Assembly (NCBI RefSeq): GCF_046119375.1
Contig: NW_027362761.1
Span: 260,152,001-260,216,000, forward strand
DNA from: Phyllobates terribilis
Taxonomy: Eukaryota
Direction of reading: 5' to 3'
Length of the DNA: 64,000 bases
Positions 12,367-57,300 of this stretch are shown here, one piece after another. A program made the position numbers and the translations under genes. The notes beneath the pieces are model-generated. The model saw only the letters and a program-made list of their open reading frames with translations. It was not told where the DNA came from and ran no database searches. Numbering within the stretch: the stretch's first letter is position 1; every line of letters starts with the position of its first letter.

Positions 12367-12539
12367 TTACAGGGAATTGTCACTGTCACTCTGGCAACAA
12401 ATAAGGGGAGATTCTCCGCACAAGCCAAATGTAATGTGGGGATGTGGAAGCTCTGCAGATAAAACCTACATCAGCACATGCAGCTGAGGGCTCCTGTCAC
12501 AGGGCAGCAGGCTGCAAGAAGGACTAAGTCAGGACCCCT

Positions 12540-12920
12540 GCAATCCCCGCTACACATGACCGTGTCCGCCATTCACTGCTCACTGTGGATGCCACAGGCA
12601 GAGTAATGGGCCCGCAGGTGGCACGGCGCCATGCCAGCCCTACATACCCCCCTGTACATTACCCCCCTGCACATACCCGCACCCTCCGATCCACACAAAG
12701 ACACCGGCGGAGAAGCTGCACACGAGGCTGCCCGGAAACACGTCGTGGAAAGCGGGACACAACAGAAGCACGTGGTGCTGGCGGCGGGAAGGGCGGAGCT
12801 TCCGAGAGCAGGTACCGTGCACGTGTGTGACCGAGCAGCGCAGGACCGTACGGGAGCTGCGCCGCTGCCGGGGCTCATGGTTATACACTAGGGCACGTTT
12901 ATTAATGGCCGCCATCACTA
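12540..12920. promoter_or_regulatory. GC/CpG-rich putative APEX1 promoter and non-coding first exon (bidirectional with OSGEP)
   Basis: CpG-dense; E-boxes CACGTG at 12769 and 12820, GC box GGGCGGAG at 12791, ETS-like CCGGAA at 12732; candidate minus-strand donor GTATGT at 12676. TSS is inferred. Confidence 0.6.
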
Positions 12921-12977
12921 TGGATTGTAAAGCTTCTCCCCTGTCCCCAGCGGGCACAGTTCAGTAGCTGCACCCAC

Positions 12978-13211
12978 CATATTACCGAGCAGGGCGTCTG
13001 GAGTATGGGGCATAGTGCACTGTTATTACATGTGCCCATGGGACTACTGGTGCTTCTTCACTGTCCTGCATTGATGGCTCTCAGGTCTACGCCCTGCGCT
13101 ATTACCATGAGGTGCACATGTAACGTGGCACAGGCGGCAGCTATGGGCGAGGTGCTGGTCTCTTAACAGTGCACTATGCCCCATACTCCAGACGCCCTGC
13201 TCGGTAATATG
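12978..13211. repeat. Perfect 48-bp inverted repeat with 138-bp spacer
   Basis: 12978-13025 is the exact reverse complement of 13164-13211. Confidence 0.9.
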
Positions 13212-13449
13212 CTGTTTGCATGGATTTATATAGTGTGACCGAGTTGTCAAGCACTTTCCAAGTGATGCTAAAATCGCTTGTCAACCCGCATGCAGAAATG
13301 CAAGTGAAGAACGCTAAACATCCGCTTGTCCCTGGCAGGAAAACGCATGTACAATCCGCATGTACAATCCGCATGTGTTTTTTCTGCCAGGGTGATGCAG
13401 AAACGCTCAAGAAAAATCCAGAGCATTTCTGCATCGTGGGCACATAGCC
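13212..13449. mobile_element. Harbinger-type MITE terminal fragment
   Basis: Ends CGTGGGCACATAGCC|TTA; reverse complement of about 28769-29000. Confidence 0.75.
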
Positions 13450-13599
13450 TTAGAATAAGGAGCATTTTCCACACAGTCTCAATTCCTTCCTCTTTACTCT
13501 CTTGATCTTGCCTTCACTATTTCACCTTCCTATACTATAGGATTTCACCTATCCTGTACTATAGTCCAGTTAGTGAGAGTCCTAAACTCAACCCACGGT

Positions 13600-13860
13600 T
13601 CTGCGTCGTCTTTCCCCTCAAGGGAGTTAAATATGGCCAGTACCTCTCTTCTCTGCTGCTGACGTCTTGGAACTTCCGCCCAAGGCACTCTCCGTCTCGC
13701 GTCATGTCCTGGTCCGTTACCTTTCTAACTTATAAACTCAGGGCCTTACTATTAGGCGTCCTCTCCCAGGACCAATATCCGGTTGACCACCCTGTCCTTC
13801 CGTCAGCTTCGCTTCCGGTTCACGCTAACTTCTGTCTTGGTCTCCTCTGTTTGGGAGACC
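13600..13860 (+). promoter_or_regulatory. Second CpG-containing segment, candidate OSGEP promoter or non-coding first exon
   Basis: TGACGTC, CTTCCGC and CTTCCGG motifs; OSGEP ATG exon has a splice acceptor, so an upstream exon is required; location is inferred. Confidence 0.35.
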
Positions 13861-15089
13861 TATGTTATGTGGCACTGGTCACTGTCCAGACCTTTGGTCT
13901 GTTTCTGACACCCATTGGGCCCTATCTGACGTCCTGACAAGAAACTGTCTCTGCTCTTCACCTTAGTTCCTCCCACTCTGGGCTAGTCCCAATCATTAGC
14001 TCCAACTTTCCCTACTGTTGGGCAGAACGCGACACCAACACTACTAACGCATAGCACAGTTCACATTATACACTACTAATAATACACGTGTCTTCAAGGG
14101 GGAACGTGGGCAGTAGGTCCATCTCCTTACACAGAAGTATCGGGCACATTGCCACTGGGGCATAAGGATATTGGGTGCAGGAGTTGCAATCGGCCCAAAA
14201 GGTCCCTTTGGCCCATATGTGAAGACATGATAGTTGGCATTGATGCCCATGAGCTTACATCACTGATGGCCACTATTGGATACTACACCAAGAAGTACGG
14301 ACACAAAATTCCTGTCGAAGTTTTCCACTACTGGACATTCCTTTCTAAACCCCAACACGGTGCATAATAATAAAAAAAAATGTACTCATCTCCTAGATGG
14401 GAGCCAGACCAGGCTTCCCCTCTGACAAGATACTAAAGGCTGCAGCCAATCAATGGCCACTAGTTGGCTGCAGCAGTTATGTGACATAATGTCATGTGAC
14501 CGCTGAGGGGGATACAGCACTAACGACGGAGGGGCTTCACTGGTGCGGGAGGTAATTATATGGGTTTTTGTTATTTATTAATGCACCTTGTGGCGGTACA
14601 GAAGGAATTGTCCTGTAGTGGACAACCCTTTTATTCACATTTATAATGCAGAAAATCCGACCAGTGTTTTTGCAAGAAAAAAAAAGACGTCTGTTTTTGA
14701 TCCGATTTGTGGATCAAACTCACCCAATGCAAGTGTATTGAGCGAGGCCAGAAACAGTCTAGTCGGAATGTGACTAGTAGTATTAAGATCACATAGTTGT
14801 GGTTGCATGACTGCCCACTCATGGCGCGAGCACTAGAGAATTCTCACAGCCCACAGTGCATGCCCTGTAAGGATTCACAAGTCTGCAGTCACATAGAGTC
14901 ACTGCAGACTTGTAGCTTAAAGTTGGACAACCCATTTAAGGAAGAGGCCGATATATGAAGAAGAGATCGGTATTGAAAATCTCTCACAGAAAAACCTGGT
15001 CTACCTGTGAGTGATCTATTGAAGATGTTTTGGTGTACTTAAGGATTTGGAGCAACCACAAGCAGAGAAAAAGTGTACATCAGTATACA

Positions 15090-15475
15090 GGCTATGTTCA
15101 CACTGAGGCTTTTAAGGATTTTTTTCAAGCAGAAATAGCTTCTGGAAACTCTCCCATTTTGGGAAGGTTTGGGAGGAGTTTTAATTTTCCTGAGGCGGTT
15201 TTGGAAGAGTTTTCTTGCAGCTTTTTTAATTGGGCAGTCCTTAGTTTGCAGTGGTTTCCTTTTAGAATCCGCTTAAAAAAACAGTTATATGCACTTTCTT
15301 TTTTCTACCAGGTGTTTTTTTCAAAACGGGAAGAACGACGATCAAAAGACTGAACGTCTGAGCAGTAAAGTGGTTGTACAATAGAAATGAAAAGGAAGTG
15401 TCAAGTGTTTTTGAAGTGCTTTTCCAGGTGTCTTAGAAGTAGACCCGCTCCAAAAGACTCCATGTGCACATAGCC
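15090..15475. mobile_element. Harbinger-type MITE
   Basis: GGCTATGTTCACAC ... GTGCACATAGCC|TTA. Confidence 0.7.
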
Positions 15476-15665
15476 TTAGAGCATGCGCTGCAGACTTAGT
15501 CACTGGCGAGCATTTAAGCGCTGCGGTCTAGCCCAGGTGCTCATTCCGGCACCCATCGGCCGCAGGGAGCTGATGAGTTGCCACAACTGCCACGCTCATG
15601 TTCATTCTCCATCGAGGTCCAGCCACATGATGGACATCATAGGAGACTGTGATTTTTACTATATA

Positions 15666-17259
15666 CCGTATTTACTTGAGTATAAGCTGACTTTTTTAGC
15701 CCATTTTTTAGGCTAAAAAAGCCCCCCTCGGCTTATACTCTGGTATATACATAATGCGGTGGTGGATAGTGGGGGGGGGGGGTTGCGGCAGTGGAGGAGT
15801 GGGGCACACGCAGTAGCCGGCTACTGCAGCTACCACGTGTGGTGCTCGCTGCTAAAGGGAATTAATGTTCACCCATCTCCACGCCCATGGGAGTGGAGAG
15901 GGGTGAATATTAATTTCTTTAATAGTGTGCACACAGTGTCAGCAGCGCTGCGGCTCAGTGATCATCTGTGCTCGCTACTGAAGAGAATGCATATTCACCC
16001 TTCTCCACACCAATGGGCGTGGAGAAGGGTGAATATGCATTCTCTTTAGTAGCGGGCACACAAAATAGCTGAGCCGCAGCAGGAGCTGCGGTTCTGCGGA
16101 CACTGTGCGCACACCATTAAAGAACAGGGATATTCACTCTTCTCCACGCACATAGACCCGGCGTGGAGAGGAGTGAATATCCATGAAGCTCACTTCAGCG
16201 TCTGAGGGCGCATGGCAGTGACGTCATGCGCTGCTCAGATTCCGAAGCGAGCTGCTGCTGGCAGAACTGGAGCAGAGGGGAGGAAGGTGAGTATGAGTGT
16301 TTATTTTTTTGAATGTGTTCAGTGATGGGGAGGGGCCATACATACCAGGATTGGGATGAGGGGTGCCATGCATACCAGGATTGGGATGAGGGGTGCCATG
16401 CATACCAGGATTGGGAATGAGGGGGGCCATGCATGCCAGGATTGGGGATGAGGGGGCCATGCATATCAGGATTGGGGATGAGGGGGCCATGCATACCAGG
16501 ATTTGGGATGAGGGGAGCCATGCATGCCAGGATTGGGGATGAGGGGGCCATGCATACCAGGATTTGGGATGAGGGGAGCCATGCATGCCAGGATTGGGGA
16601 TGAGGGGGCCATGCATATCAGGATTAGGGATGAGGGGGCCATGCATACCAGGATTGGGGATGAGGGGGCCATGCATACTAGGATTGGGAATGAGGGGGGG
16701 CATGCATGGCAGGATTGGGGATGAGGGGGCCATGCATATCAGGATTGGGGATGAGGGGGCCATGCATACCAGGATTTGGGATGAGGGGAGCCATGCATAC
16801 CAGGATTTGGGATGAGGGGAGCCATGCATACCAGGATTTGGGATGAGTGGAGCCATGCATACCAGAATTTGGGATGAGGGGAGCCATGCATACCAGGATT
16901 GGGGATGAGGGGGGCCATGCATACCAGGATTGGGGATGGAGATGATGGGGCCATGCATACCTGGATTGGGGATGAGGGGGGCCATGCATACCAGGATTGG
17001 GGATGAGGGGGGCCATGCATACCAGGATTGGGGATGAGGGGGGCCATGCATACCAGGATTGGGGATGGAGATGATGGGGCCATGCATACCTGGATTGGGG
17101 ATGAGGGGGGCCATGCATACCAGGATGGGGAAATTTACCAGTAGCTGCTGCATTTCCGACCCTAGGCTTATACTCGAGCCAATAATTTTTACCATTTTTT
17201 GTGGTAAAATTAGGTGCCTCGGCTTAAATTCGGGTCGGCTTATACACGAGTATATACGG
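15666..17259. mobile_element. Non-autonomous Tc1/mariner-superfamily (Tc2/pogo-like) element
   Basis: TA|CCGTATTTACTTGAGTATAAGCTGAC ... GTCGGCTTATACACGAGTATATACGG|TA; TA TSD; no transposase. Confidence 0.85.
16325..17128. repeat. G-rich minisatellite, about 30-31 bp unit (CATGCATACCAGGATTGGGGATGAGGGGGC), about 25 copies
   Basis: Direct tandem copies; source of the spurious PNPGMHG ORFs. Confidence 0.97.
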
Positions 17260-17854
17260 TACATCAATACTGAAGGATTGTTTATAATACAAGCGATTGT
17301 AGGTTTAAGTCCCCAAAGGGGGCTAACAAATAAGTGGAAACATGTTTTAAAAAAAAAAGTTTGACTCACTTCTCCTGTTAAAAATCAAGAAATGTAAAAA
17401 AAAAAAATCAACATATTTGGTATTGCAGTGTCCCTAAAAATTAATTCGATCTATCAAAATTTTTAATTAATTAAACTGATTGGTAAACGCTTTAAAGAGG
17501 AATGGGGATCGAAACTCCAGAATTGCAGTTTTTCTGAGCTGCAACACTGCAAACAAATTTAATAATTGGCGATCAAAACATCCTATCTACCCCAAAATAG
17601 TCTACATATAAAATTCCAGCTCACCATGCAAAAAATAAGCCCTCATGCAGTTCCATAGATGGAAAAATACTAAGTTGTAGGCTTCAGAAAATGGCGTAAC
17701 CAACCAGATTTGTATGTTACATAAAACGTTGATAATGTTAGTTACATTATCCACCTTTGATCCAACACAGGCCGCTCTGGGGCATATAATAGGCTGCAGA
17801 GGTTAGGAACACCCAGGTATGTTAAATCTGGTATTTTTGTTATAGGCTGTCACT

Positions 17855-50798
<32,944 letters not shown>

Positions 50799-50956
50799 AC
50801 GACGACGTGTAATAATTTGTCCAAACTATATATTTATATGGAAATCTGGGTTTAGATATTGGAGTATGAGACCCTTGACCACTTTCAGCAGCAGAGTTGC
50901 CATACATCTCACCCAATGTGGTGTCTCTAATTACAATGTATGTAGGTTAAATACCA

Positions 50957-50962
50957 AATAAA
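50957..50962 (+). terminator. Probable OSGEP polyadenylation signal AATAAA
   Basis: First AATAAA about 160 nt after the stop codon. Confidence 0.5.
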
Positions 50963-51893
50963 TGAGGATCTTTTCACACCTGACAGAACCATTCACGGGT
51001 AAAGCCCTGGTGCAGACGCACGGTACAGAACTAGTGATATCCGCTGGACATGAAGCACATCTCACAGTGCATCTTATTCCAGCAGAGACAAAGAACAGTC
51101 AGATCTATACCGGCGGCGTGACATTCATAGCTCTGCCAATACAATGGCTACATATAAATATCCCGTGCACTCATCATGGTAACGAGACACCTTCTCCTGC
51201 AGAGATTACATTCTACAGTAGATGTTACCTTGTGCATGCTGTTCTGTGTACGTTGTAGACACGCTTTAAGACAGACTTGTATTTTGTATGCTGCAATTAT
51301 TTTCTTTCATAAGTATTGCACTTTTAATAATCCAAAGCAGTTTAAGTAGTAGTTTCAAAATAAGGATTTTAATGGCAAGAGGTTGGGTGCAGTGTTAATA
51401 TCTGAAGCTATCACTGCCTACACCTACTTTCCATCATCAAGCGTTCAAGGATACACCACTAAAGCTAAAGACTTTTCCAGTTACAAGATTAAAGCGCTGA
51501 ACTCCACAATTCAGCCTATGTGCAAACATGAAAATCTAGGGTGGGTGGTGCGGCCTAAACTAATGAGATGTAGAACCAAAATAACTAGAAGCCCAGTCTA
51601 CTTTCGCATTGTCTGGGATTCACATCTTTCCCTGCACTTTATATAAATGTTGCTCATTAGTGTACTGTCTATATTCAAAAGATATACAGACAAGATATTT
51701 CTATTCTGGTATGATGCTTTATCAACATGCATGCCCGACCCTGCTGAGTAATAACTCCTCATGGGAACAAAAGAGCTAGAACACTGAAATCCAGCATGCA
51801 TGTTCTGTCTGAAAGGATATATTACATCAGACGACACTAGGGAACTAACTCGGCACATTCGTTTTACAGGCACCATAAGTTACTTATATTTAA

Positions 51894-52278
51894 AGGGAAT
51901 CTGGCAGCAGGTATTTGCTATGTAATATGAGGTAGGTGTTAAAGCACAGATTTCAAGGATGTGTCACATGTCATGGTGGTGTTTACTTAATCTTCATTTT
52001 ATCACCTTGTGATTATCATTGCTGGGACTTCAGAAGCACATGTCTCCGGTCAGACTCTGCCCTCCTTCTGTGATAAGCAGCTCACTGTCTATAGACAATG
52101 TATACAGAGCCTGGTGGGGGCGAGGTTAGCTTGCTCAGCTCTGCTGCATTGCTAAATCTAAAACCTCTATCAAAACGGATTCACTAATTAACTACATGAC
52201 ACACCATTGGATTCAAGGTCTCTTTGCCTACATCATGCTGCTCTCATGAAGTAGCAAAAACCTACTGACCGATTCCCT
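51894..52278. mobile_element. T2/Kolobok-type MITE
   Basis: TTAA|AGGGAATCTG ... CGATTCCCT|TTAA; a related copy spans about 52425-52729. Confidence 0.75.
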
Positions 52279-54197
52279 TTAAGAGAAAGGTCAAATAATT
52301 ATGGCTTGACCCATACTTTTGGCATGTTGCGTCACATGATCAACCAAGGACTGGCTAATCTTTCCTCTGCTTGAGTTTTCCCTATCAAGGACTGGTGTTC
52401 TAGCTTCTCTCCTACCTGTAACAAAGGGAATCTGGCAACAGGTTTTTAAAGCATGGTGTAGGGAGAGAGGCTTTGATTCCTGGGATAGATCATTTACTGG
52501 ACTGCTTTTTGCAGTTTCAATACAATCAGTGTTTTATCATAAAGAAATAACTAGAGGTCCAGTTGTCTCATGCTCTGTGTCCACAGCATTCTAAGGAATG
52601 GCAGATTAAACAGTGATTTTATCAAAACTGCTACCAGCCCAGTAAGTGATACATGGCTGTATCAGGGGGCTCTGTCCCTACATTGGGCTGCTCTCCCATT
52701 ACAAGCAAAAACCTGCTGCCAGATTCCCTTTAAACATGTGGATGCAGCATCATCCATAGTGGCATGAAGTAGCCTGGAAGCAAGGTCTTTTCCCCACACA
52801 CTAATAAAAGCCCTACAAGACATGTCATTTTTCTTTCTTTAATGTTTTAGGAACAATGTTCAGCACAATTCTGGAAATAAGCCAAGACAATTTAAAAAAG
52901 AAAAAAATTAACAAACATTTATATTTTCAAGTGAAATAAACTTTGCAGGAAGCACAGCAGCAACAGAAAAAGACATCTGATTATTTACAATTCTGCACAA
53001 TCATAAAAACAGATTGGACCCTACAGACATCACAATGGATTTCATCCTCCTCAGTAAGTTCCACTTACTTTCCCACCCATACTGCCACCATTTAATTCCC
53101 CGCTATAAAATCAATAATGCCCTCATACAGAGCAAGATAATAAAAACACAGGAGGAGACTTAAGCACCACATTTAATGGTGGCTGTGGCCCTATGTAGTG
53201 TCCTAGAGGTAGCAACAAAAAAAAAAAAAAAAATTCTAGCCATCTAAGGCTTTCTCAGTTTAAAACATTAGTAGATTGCAATTGTTAAAATTCCAGTGTT
53301 CTAAAATTTGGCCTAAAGATCAGCAATGGGGAAGACATGATTAATGTGACAAATCATACAAGTGACGCTGTTATTGGCATTTAGTTTAGATTCTAGTTTA
53401 CCAGCGGCCGCCAATGTGTTATGCAAGGAAATGGAATGGATTTATAGCAAAAAAAAAAAAAGACTTGGAGATTTTCTTTGTAAATATACCTAAGAATTAT
53501 GTAGGGGCTTGCATTGGTCTGGTCTCTTCATGCAGCTATGTTACCGGTAGATTGAAGCAAACAGAAAAGGTCCTTCTCATAGTGATATAGTGTTCTGAAG
53601 GCTTTTCTGAAAAGGCTGAAGGTGAAATGGTAAAGCCTTAATGCTACTCCTTGAAAACCCCAAGTACCCCCCGCCCTGCCCCCAAAAAAAAAAAAATCAG
53701 AAAATTAAGGTGCAACAAATCGGATATGACAATGTAGAGAAACATTGTCCCATGAGGCAGTCCGAACCTTCCTGTTCACTATGCCATGGCTTTTTGTACA
53801 GTGACCCTACTTAATGCTCGATTCCAGACGGGCCTGCTCCTCCTTCATGTAAACAATACCCTGGATCTGCTGCTGCAAAAAAGCCCTTCCCTGTCTATAG
53901 TGCCCCCCACACTCCAGAAGGTTCACACCATTATCAAAAAGCCATCAACCCCTTAGCAGCTACAGGGTCCTGCCACATTTTGCAGCCCCTGGCGGTGAAG
54001 AGGTTGACATCGGGCAGCAGTAAATATTAGGTGGTTTGAAAATTGTCAAATCGTCATATTCAGTACTGCTTCATAAGGCAGCAAGGATTTAGTCCTCTGA
54101 TTAATGGCCATAGCAATGACTGTCCTCTGCCTTCACAAGGTTACTCGCCATTCTGGCCACCAAGGGGGGAAGCTGGAGGAGGTAGGACTAGGTGGGT

Positions 54198-54341
54198 TCA
54201 CGAGAAACTCTGGATGGGATGACTGACTCTCATACATGCCCAGTAAATAGCACGACCCATGCAGATCAATGCCAACAGCAGCAGCAATGCCCACGAGGCA
54301 TAAATTCCACCATACTGACGTGCCAGTGTCCATGTTCCTGC
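54198..54341 (-). CDS. PIP4P1: PIP4P1 exon 7 ([12 protein letters not shown]...PIQSFS*)
   Basis: 144 nt; TGA at 54200-54198. Confidence 0.96.
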   Translation of the reverse strand, partial: AGTWTLARQYGGIYASWALLLLLALICMGRAIYWACMRVSHPIQSFS

Positions 54342-57300
54342 CTGCAAGACATAATGTTCTCATGTAAATAGAATATGGCTACAGCTCATGCTGTAGCAGC
54401 TTTTACCATTGTATCTGTGCACTCACCACAAGTCCGGCTGCAGCGACTACAAAAAAAAAGCCCAGCAGAAAGCAGCAGATGCATCTCTTTCTTGGGTACC
54501 TCTGTCCGATAGAGGAGCTGCATGTGTAGAAGAGAAAAAGTCAAAAACGGAAATCCTTACACATGTTCCCCACTCTTAAAATGACCACTTCTCCCATGCT
54601 TACACTTTTCGGCAGTGTGGGCAGCGGGCCAAGGTCCGGTCTGAAAAATCTGTCCACTGAGAGGGAGAGGGGGAAACGTTAGTCATTGTAATGTTTCACG
54701 AACAAGACGACAGAACCAAAGTGTTAACTTCAACATCTAGATTATTTTAGTCTTTTATTCGGGGTTTTCTACAGATTTCCTTTAGAGTGTTAATTTATTG
54801 TGCCAGAGGAAGGATGGCGGCTACTATAAATTATGCCAAAACTGTAGAAGAAAAAAAAAAAAGATGTCCCACACATCCAAAAGTCATACAAAGATCCAAT
54901 GCCCCTAACCGAAAATTATAAAACTGAACATGAGGTTCTTAAGTTTAACATTCTGATCAGACTGTATGAAGCCCACTACCACATCACAGGGAACCTCTCA
55001 GTAGGTCCCTAACAGTCACTGTGACAATGCACCATTAGGACGGGCGGCCTGGTGCCTCACAGCAGCCATGCTGCGAGGCAGAGTCCCCATGACTTCAGGC
55101 CACAGCACCAAGTGAAAGGAGCAAAACACTCACCTTCCACAAGCTCTAACACTCAGCTGAGAACAAAAATAGGCAAAGCCCCTCTTGCAGTCTCCTGCTA
55201 ATTTGGGTATTCTGCCTATTTTTGCTCTCAGTACACAGTCAGAGAGCTTGTGGAAGGTGAGGTTTTTTTTTTTGCTCCTTTCACTTGGTATTGGTGTTGT
55301 GTGGCGGTCATTGTCGCTGTGATGGTGGTTTGCGCATGGTGCCGCACCCTTTGTGCTAGGGACCCACTGAGGAGGTTTGCTGTGGTGTGGCAGTGGGCTC
55401 CATACAGTCTGAGAAGACTGTCATATTAAGAACCTCATGTTCAGTTTTGTCATTTTTGCCTAGCACAGGCCTGGGTAAACTGCAGTAGCCGAAGGGCTGA
55501 AACAGTGGCCCAAGGGCTGCACCATGCACTCCACTGCCCGCCGTCCATCTTCTGTCACAGCTATCTGCATCCTCATGGCGCAGACAGCGGTGAATACGTT
55601 GGTGGATATCGGGGCCGCCCCCTCCATCGTCCATCAATCAGCGTGAGAGACAACAGACGCGATGACGTCATTTCATCACGCTGCTGCTGCTGCTGAGACT
55701 CCGTGCACAGGAGACAGGAGCAGAGCGTTGGGGGAACGGGAACTAGGTATGTGTTTTTTTGTTTTTTTTTTTCATGTGTTTCGGATATTTATATGCATAT
55801 AGGAGGCTATTTAGGGCTCAGACTGTATATATGGAGACTATGTGGGGGGCTCATACTGTATATAGGGAGCTGTGTGCGGGCTTATCCGGTATATAGGGGG
55901 ATGTCAACATACTTAATTATGCTAAGTATTACATTTGTGAATTTTCTTACTAGTCACAATATGAAGATCTCACGCAAGCCCCTGTGTAGCCTTTCACTTA
56001 TCTTTATTCATGTTTTTTTTCCTCCTACTAAAAATAAGTTTGGTGTGCCAGCTAAATTTACATTTGACTCCTTCATGTTATTTTATAAAGAGGAATAATT
56101 ACAGAAAACGCCCACCCCAGCACACGTCACCAGCATGTGTAGCTCGACGTATGATGTGAACAAACCCTTCCTATAGTGGATGGAACAAGATAAAAATACT
56201 AAATCTATAATACCAGAAAGTTGTTCTTGCAGTGTCCGCAGATGACCCTGACTCCGACAGGCTGCGGCTCCGGGCTCAGGGGTCCGGGATGGACGGGGCC
56301 CAGGTTAATGATTCTTTTACTGGTAAAGAGACAGACCTGTTACTTCTTGATCAATAGCTTACCATCAGCTCCTATATTACAGCACAGGAGCCCTCCGCTC
56401 AGACAGCACTCACCAATAAGGTCTTGGACAGGCTATCCTCTGGGACGTGACTTTACAGATCAGCAAGCAGTTACAAGGACAGCGGACATACTTCTTCCCC
56501 TGGGGGGCATTCTTTATTGGCTGCAGAAATAAATGGCATGTCATTGATGTATCGCTACTGAATAATAAACTCCTCTAGATTAATCATCTCTCCATGGTTA
56601 GGACAAGCTTCTGACAGCATCAATCTCTATTTCTTACCGTGGCTTCATTGCAGACTCCACACTTCACCACATGTTGGTGCATCTTCCCTTCCACATTGAT
56701 GAGTGACTGGCAAACCCTGCATGTTATCATGGGGGCTGAACCACTTTCTGGACTGGTTAGTGGAGAATAGGGTGGGGGGTCTTCACCAGGTAACACTGAG
56801 CCAGCTGCTGGGAACACCTGAAAGCCTGGACAATAGAGGGAAAAAGGTCAAAATGAAACAGCAAAGAGCTCCTGATAAAAGATGAGACATGGCCTAGAGA
56901 ATGTTATCTCTGGTGATAACTTCTCACTGCCACTGGGGTAAGAACCTGATTGTTGGCCCATGTAAACATAATTGCAGAAAGAACTTCGGCACTCCATACA
57001 TGAATATATAAGAAATATTGTATCTAGACTAATGTCACTTTGAAAAATTAAGGTTTGACAGCCTTTTTTCTGACCATGTGTCCCTCCCATTCAGTCACAG
57101 GTGGTTTTAACTAGCTCTACCAGCCCATACATTGTAGGTTAAAAGCCCAAGCAGAAACATATTGTCCATACAGGCTTACAGTCCAAGAGTGGCATATCCA
57201 GTGGTAGCGTAGCGTAGTTTCCCATCATACGAAGGTGACCTTGTCGTGGTTGATGGGCACACATAAATTGGCCAAATTATGCGCAAAAAACCTTCATTTT

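Noticed and set aside
16195-17369. 381-aa and overlapping ORFs with PNPGMHG / MAPSSPIL repeats
   Set aside because: Translations of the 30-31 bp minisatellite; open in several frames on both strands, with no splice or domain support.
55460-56060. Possible further Tc2-like element in PIP4P1 intron 4
   Set aside because: Interior resembles 15666-17259 in style, but no TIR or TSD could be identified.
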